Source: a virus
DNA length: 37,329 bases
Strand: one strand, 5' to 3'
IMG/VR virus record: IMGVR_UViG_3300012138_000002
Location: 1-37,329 of that record
Made by a program: the position numbers and the translations under genes
The notes under the pieces: generated by a model
What the model was told of the DNA's origin: nothing
The model's database searches: none
What the model saw: only the letters and a program-made list of their open reading frames with translations
Shown: in pieces, positions 34,176-37,329 of the stretch
How positions within the stretch are numbered: the stretch's first letter is position 1
Layout: every line of letters begins with the position of its first letter

Positions 34176-34668
34176 GACAAAAAGCATTGCCCGGACGCTG
34201 GTATGGGAGGATGTGGAGCCTTATTTATTGGAAGCTCAGAACTTGGATATAAAGCCGAAGATTACAGACGCTTTATTGATAGAGCTGCTTACCTATCTGG
34301 ATGTAGAGACACAGGACGATCTTGTTTTTAATATGTTGCTGGATGGTGGAGTGTATACAATCAAAGGCAAGCGATTTGTTTTTTCCGGATTAAAAGCGAG
34401 CCTATCCTATTACACCTATGCACGGTTAACAAATAACCTGAATTATGATTTGAACCGTTCGGGGTTGACTGAGCACAACGATCAATATTCTTTAAAAACG
34501 GAGATTGTTCAGCGGAAAACAATGAGGATGGATGCTGTTTCAACGGCAGACGCATATATGTCCGAATGCCTTCATTTTATAAAGGCGAATGTTGACCGGT
34601 TCAAGATGTTTGAATGCAGTCCCGTACGCATGAAAAACAATATACGACTTAGAACCATAGGGGATTGA
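34135..34668 (+). CDS. Possible head-tail connector protein (177 aa; the alternative start 34156 reduces the overlap)
   Basis: VEPYLLEAQNLDIKPKITDALLIELL resembles gp6-like connector N-termini (weak). The gene lies after the portal candidate. Confidence 0.4.
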   Translation: MKYYLLTMPELRDKTKSIARTLVWEDVEPYLLEAQNLDIKPKITDALLIELLTYLDVETQDDLVFNMLLDGGVYTIKGKRFVFSGLKASLSYYTYARLTNNLNYDLNRSGLTEHNDQYSLKTEIVQRKTMRMDAVSTADAYMSECLHFIKANVDRFKMFECSPVRMKNNIRLRTIGD

Positions 34669-35153
34669 TGGCTATAGATAAATATATATTACTGGAGCAA
34701 GCTATTGACATCCGTGATACTAATGTCAAAGATAAGAATAGCAGTACACGCATAGGACAATGGTGTATTGATGTATTATCATTTATGGCTTATATAAATT
34801 ATCCTACAGGATCCGATTTTGACGCTTTATCAAGCCTCGCAAAAAGTATTCATGATGAGGATGCGGTATCTCAAAATACTGCTTTGAGAATCGGAACATT
34901 TTGCTTTGATGTACTCGAATATGCGGGAATTGAATATACAAAGAGAATTGAGTATTATTCGTTAAGGATAAGGGCGCTAAGAATAAAGAATGAATATAAG
35001 GACGGGTATAACATACGGAGATTAGGCATATGGTTTGTTGATTTTCTAAAATATATAGATCGTATTATACTGCTTGTCACGGAAGATCATAACTATTATA
35101 TAACTACGGAAGATAATTATCAAATACGATTAGAAAATGGCTACAGCGAATAA
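34665..35153 (+). CDS. Hypothetical protein with a threefold internal motif (162 aa)
   Basis: TRIGQWCIDVLSFMAY, LRIGTFCFDVLEYAGI and RRLGIWFVDFLKYIDR are related motifs. ATGA overlap upstream. Confidence 0.6.
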   Translation: MMAIDKYILLEQAIDIRDTNVKDKNSSTRIGQWCIDVLSFMAYINYPTGSDFDALSSLAKSIHDEDAVSQNTALRIGTFCFDVLEYAGIEYTKRIEYYSLRIRALRIKNEYKDGYNIRRLGIWFVDFLKYIDRIILLVTEDHNYYITTEDNYQIRLENGYSE

Positions 35154-35577
35154 ATCAATATTAGAATTACCCGAAATAACAGACCCGGGTGATTATTGGG
35201 TTTTGGGAACTATGCAAGGAGATACTCCGGATAAAATATACTCCGGAAAATTCTTATTATACAGCTTAAAGGCACAAGTAGCTTTACAACTTGAACGCCG
35301 CATTCCCCTGACCCTGGAAACATCGAAACATACGATGCTGTTAACCGAACAGACGACAATGTACAGGGTGGATGCTGTGAATACTGCGACAATTTCCATT
35401 AGTGGAGTAGATGCTGATACCGGACAAGCGAATATGCCGGTATATGATGTAACCCCTAACAGTGATACGGATATACTTATTCCTTCAGGGCGCACCTTGG
35501 TTACTTTCAGTGTAACCCGCACCTTAACCGATTCAACCGCTTATTTATTCATTTACGCTAAAGCTATACTGTCATGA
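35137..35577 (+). CDS. Hypothetical tail-region protein (146 aa)
   Basis: ATG ORF overlapping both neighbours. Confidence 0.6.
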   Translation: MATANKSILELPEITDPGDYWVLGTMQGDTPDKIYSGKFLLYSLKAQVALQLERRIPLTLETSKHTMLLTEQTTMYRVDAVNTATISISGVDADTGQANMPVYDVTPNSDTDILIPSGRTLVTFSVTRTLTDSTAYLFIYAKAILS

Positions 35578-35822
35578 TATACGAAGTAAAGAAAGACAGC
35601 AAAACGTTGAAGATAGACGACAATATATTCTTCGACAAACAGCCGAAGGGGTTCAGGCAGATGTATGATAATGCCCGGATGGTCGAGATAAAAGATGCTG
35701 ACGGTAATGTAACCGATACAATCCAAACCAATAACGCCGAATTTGATAACTGCTTTGTAGAAGTATACGAGAATGGGCGGGTAATAATCACTTTAAAACA
35801 GGACGAAGATGACACAATTTAA
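35574..35822 (+). CDS. Hypothetical protein (82 aa)
   Basis: ATGA-coupled ORF. Confidence 0.55.
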   Translation: MIYEVKKDSKTLKIDDNIFFDKQPKGFRQMYDNARMVEIKDADGNVTDTIQTNNAEFDNCFVEVYENGRVIITLKQDEDDTI

Positions 35823-37329
35823 TTTCAAAGATAGGTACTTTTCAGCCAGTGGAGCTGATTTGCTTAGAACGATGAATTATGTCTACTTCTTTTCACCATC
35901 GTATATTGGTGGCGACGGCTCAAGATTAGCTCCATATAGAAGTAATTATTATTACGCTCCCAGAGGTACCACCGGGTTACAAGCGACATCCGCGCTTATA
36001 TTCAGCGGTGGTGTACATAAAGGAACTTTTGATTTGGGTAGTACCGTTTCTACATACAGGCATTTTACCGGTAATGGGATGGGTGTAACAATATTAGGCC
36101 TTTCTATAAACCAACAAGCTCCAATATCCGGTGGAAATAGTTCTACAGCATATTTTAGAGATGTAACGTTGTCTGAATTAATACATTATATTTCAGGATA
36201 TAATGGTATTAACCATTATATTTATTTTTATAATTGTGAGTTTTTAACAGCTCCCGCTATAACTACAACTGCACTTAGTACTGTATATAGTTATGTTACC
36301 AGATCTAAAATAAAAGAATTATTATCCGGCGGAACTATAACTTATCAGAATAATAATTCATTTATAGGCATAAGTACTACAATAAGTTCAATAGCGGGCA
36401 ACCTGCATACATTTGAAAGATGTAACCTTATAATTAATCAGGCTTCACTCGACAGTTACAAGAACAATTACTATGCGTTCGATAACTGCAACTTCCGTAT
36501 AGGCACGGAAACGGAATATACACCGCTTATTGGCGCAACGGCCGAAGTACTAAGGGAAACTTTTGTAAACAGATGCATAGCTGCCGGGCTGACAGTGCCT
36601 GCCGATATTACGGACTATAATATCACATTACCCCTGGGTCGCTGGATTTTTACCACAAACCAGATATTCGAGGGTATTACATGGCATGGCTCGGAAATTA
36701 ATCTGTTTGAGATACCCCGTTTTATCTCATTTGGTTATTCGACTACCAGGGGCACTAAGATACCGATTGTTGCAGGCAACAATACTCCTGCAAGTATTTT
36801 CCCCAACGCTCAAGGTAGCGTTGGATTGATATTTGGAGATGATTCTTTATCTATTGCTTCGAATATCGATATCACGCAAAGGCACGAATTAGTTACAGAG
36901 TCCAAAATAATATGGCTGGGTGGTAAAAAGAAGCTGACCAACATCGACGTGCCGAACAATATGTCGCAATTGTACGGCGTACTGATAGACAGCCTGCCCA
37001 ACCTCGTCGATAAAGAAGCGAATAATATTGTCGAAGCAGGTGAGATGTATATGGTGCGCTCTTTAAATGAAAATGCGGCGTCCATTATCTATAACGGAAA
37101 TACCTATTCTTCCGAGCTAAGTACAAGGAACAATATTTTCAAAGGTGTGGCCGGTGTGAATTCATATACTTTTGCATCAGGCAGTCCGGCAGTCTATAAG
37201 ATAAATGATATACTGAATTACCAGTCGATACAGCTGCGTATTGTGAATAAGATACCGCCGGATATCATTACATCGGGAAACCTGCTGGCAAACTACTGGT
37301 ATCTGGTAGAGCATGACAGCGACCAGACC
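35809..37329 (+). CDS. N-terminal part of the junction-spanning putative tail fibre/tailspike (full length 644 aa = 35809-37206 plus 1-537)
   Basis: ATG 35809. I translated phase 1 by eye to the window end and saw no stop. It is absent from the track because no stop lies inside the window. The short repeats YFYNCEF, FERCNLII and FDNCNFRI suggest a beta-helix. Confidence 0.8.
   Translation, partial: MTQFNFKDRYFSASGADLLRTMNYVYFFSPSYIGGDGSRLAPYRSNYYYAPRGTTGLQATSALIFSGGVHKGTFDLGSTVSTYRHFTGNGMGVTILGLSINQQAPISGGNSSTAYFRDVTLSELIHYISGYNGINHYIYFYNCEFLTAPAITTTALSTVYSYVTRSKIKELLSGGTITYQNNNSFIGISTTISSIAGNLHTFERCNLIINQASLDSYKNNYYAFDNCNFRIGTETEYTPLIGATAEVLRETFVNRCIAAGLTVPADITDYNITLPLGRWIFTTNQIFEGITWHGSEINLFEIPRFISFGYSTTRGTKIPIVAGNNTPASIFPNAQGSVGLIFGDDSLSIASNIDITQRHELVTESKIIWLGGKKKLTNIDVPNNMSQLYGVLIDSLPNLVDKEANNIVEAGEMYMVRSLNENAASIIYNGNTYSSELSTRNNIFKGVAGVNSYTFASGSPAVYKINDILNYQSIQLRIVNKIPPDIITSGNLLANYWYLVEHDSDQT
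37207..37329. repeat. Direct terminal repeat, copy 2 (123 nt)
   Basis: Exact copy of 1-123. It is either an assembly overlap of a circular molecule or a true short DTR. Confidence 0.95.

Larger units (their letters stand above)
1..37206. mobile_element. Complete circular or terminally redundant temperate tailed-phage genome (unique length 37206 nt)
   Basis: Positions 1-123 are identical to 37207-37329. An ORF is continuous and in frame across that junction. The window holds a full phage gene set: integrase, repressor, replication, terminase, capsid, tape measure and lysis genes. Confidence 0.85.

Noticed and set aside
1-37329. Diversity-generating retroelement, retron, CRISPR-Cas, restriction-modification or transposase content
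   Set aside because: No ORF shows reverse transcriptase, Cas, methyltransferase or DDE/serine-recombinase motifs. The only recombinase is the tyrosine integrase.

Overview
The window is a complete, circularly closed temperate tailed-phage genome. Its first 123 nt (1-123) are repeated exactly at 37207-37329, so the unique length is 37206 nt. One long ORF (ATG 35809) runs in frame through this junction to the stop at 535-537. Three things point to a Bacteroidota host (inference): TAnnTTTG (-7) and TTTG (-33) promoter boxes in front of operons, a Bacteroidota-type tyrosine integrase, and a CI-type HTH ending in WLLTGEG. Going around the circle, the modules are as follows. (1) A lysis cassette at 736-2166 (holin, M15 endolysin, one-piece spanin candidate). 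(2) An AT-rich minus-strand accessory pair at 2615-3641, a Panacea/DUF4065 antitoxin-like gene overlapping a gene for a two-TM protein. (3) A G+C-richer plus-strand block at 3850-6945, opening with a self-contained gene for a protein carrying two DANAAAAAACCCETNLN motifs and also holding an HNH endonuclease. (4) A minus-strand lysogeny side at 7312-9252 (CI-like repressor, trypco2-like small protein, secreted protein). (5) A switch region at 9253-9526 with face-to-face promoter boxes and TATACG repeats. (6) Early genes at 9527-14400, including two Rha-type regulators (one split by a 1-nt frameshift), an excisionase-like HTH protein and a protein built from 13 tandem 24-nt repeats. (7) A replication module at 14792-17466, with an initiator-like gene carrying iteron-like 12-nt arrays followed by a primase-helicase. 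(8) A 490-nt noncoding attP-like region and the integrase (18259-20038). (9) Packaging and morphogenesis genes (20166 to the junction) in an unusual order. I found no rRNA, tRNA, CRISPR array, reverse transcriptase or transposase. All family assignments come from motifs recognised by eye and recalled from memory, and none was checked against a database.
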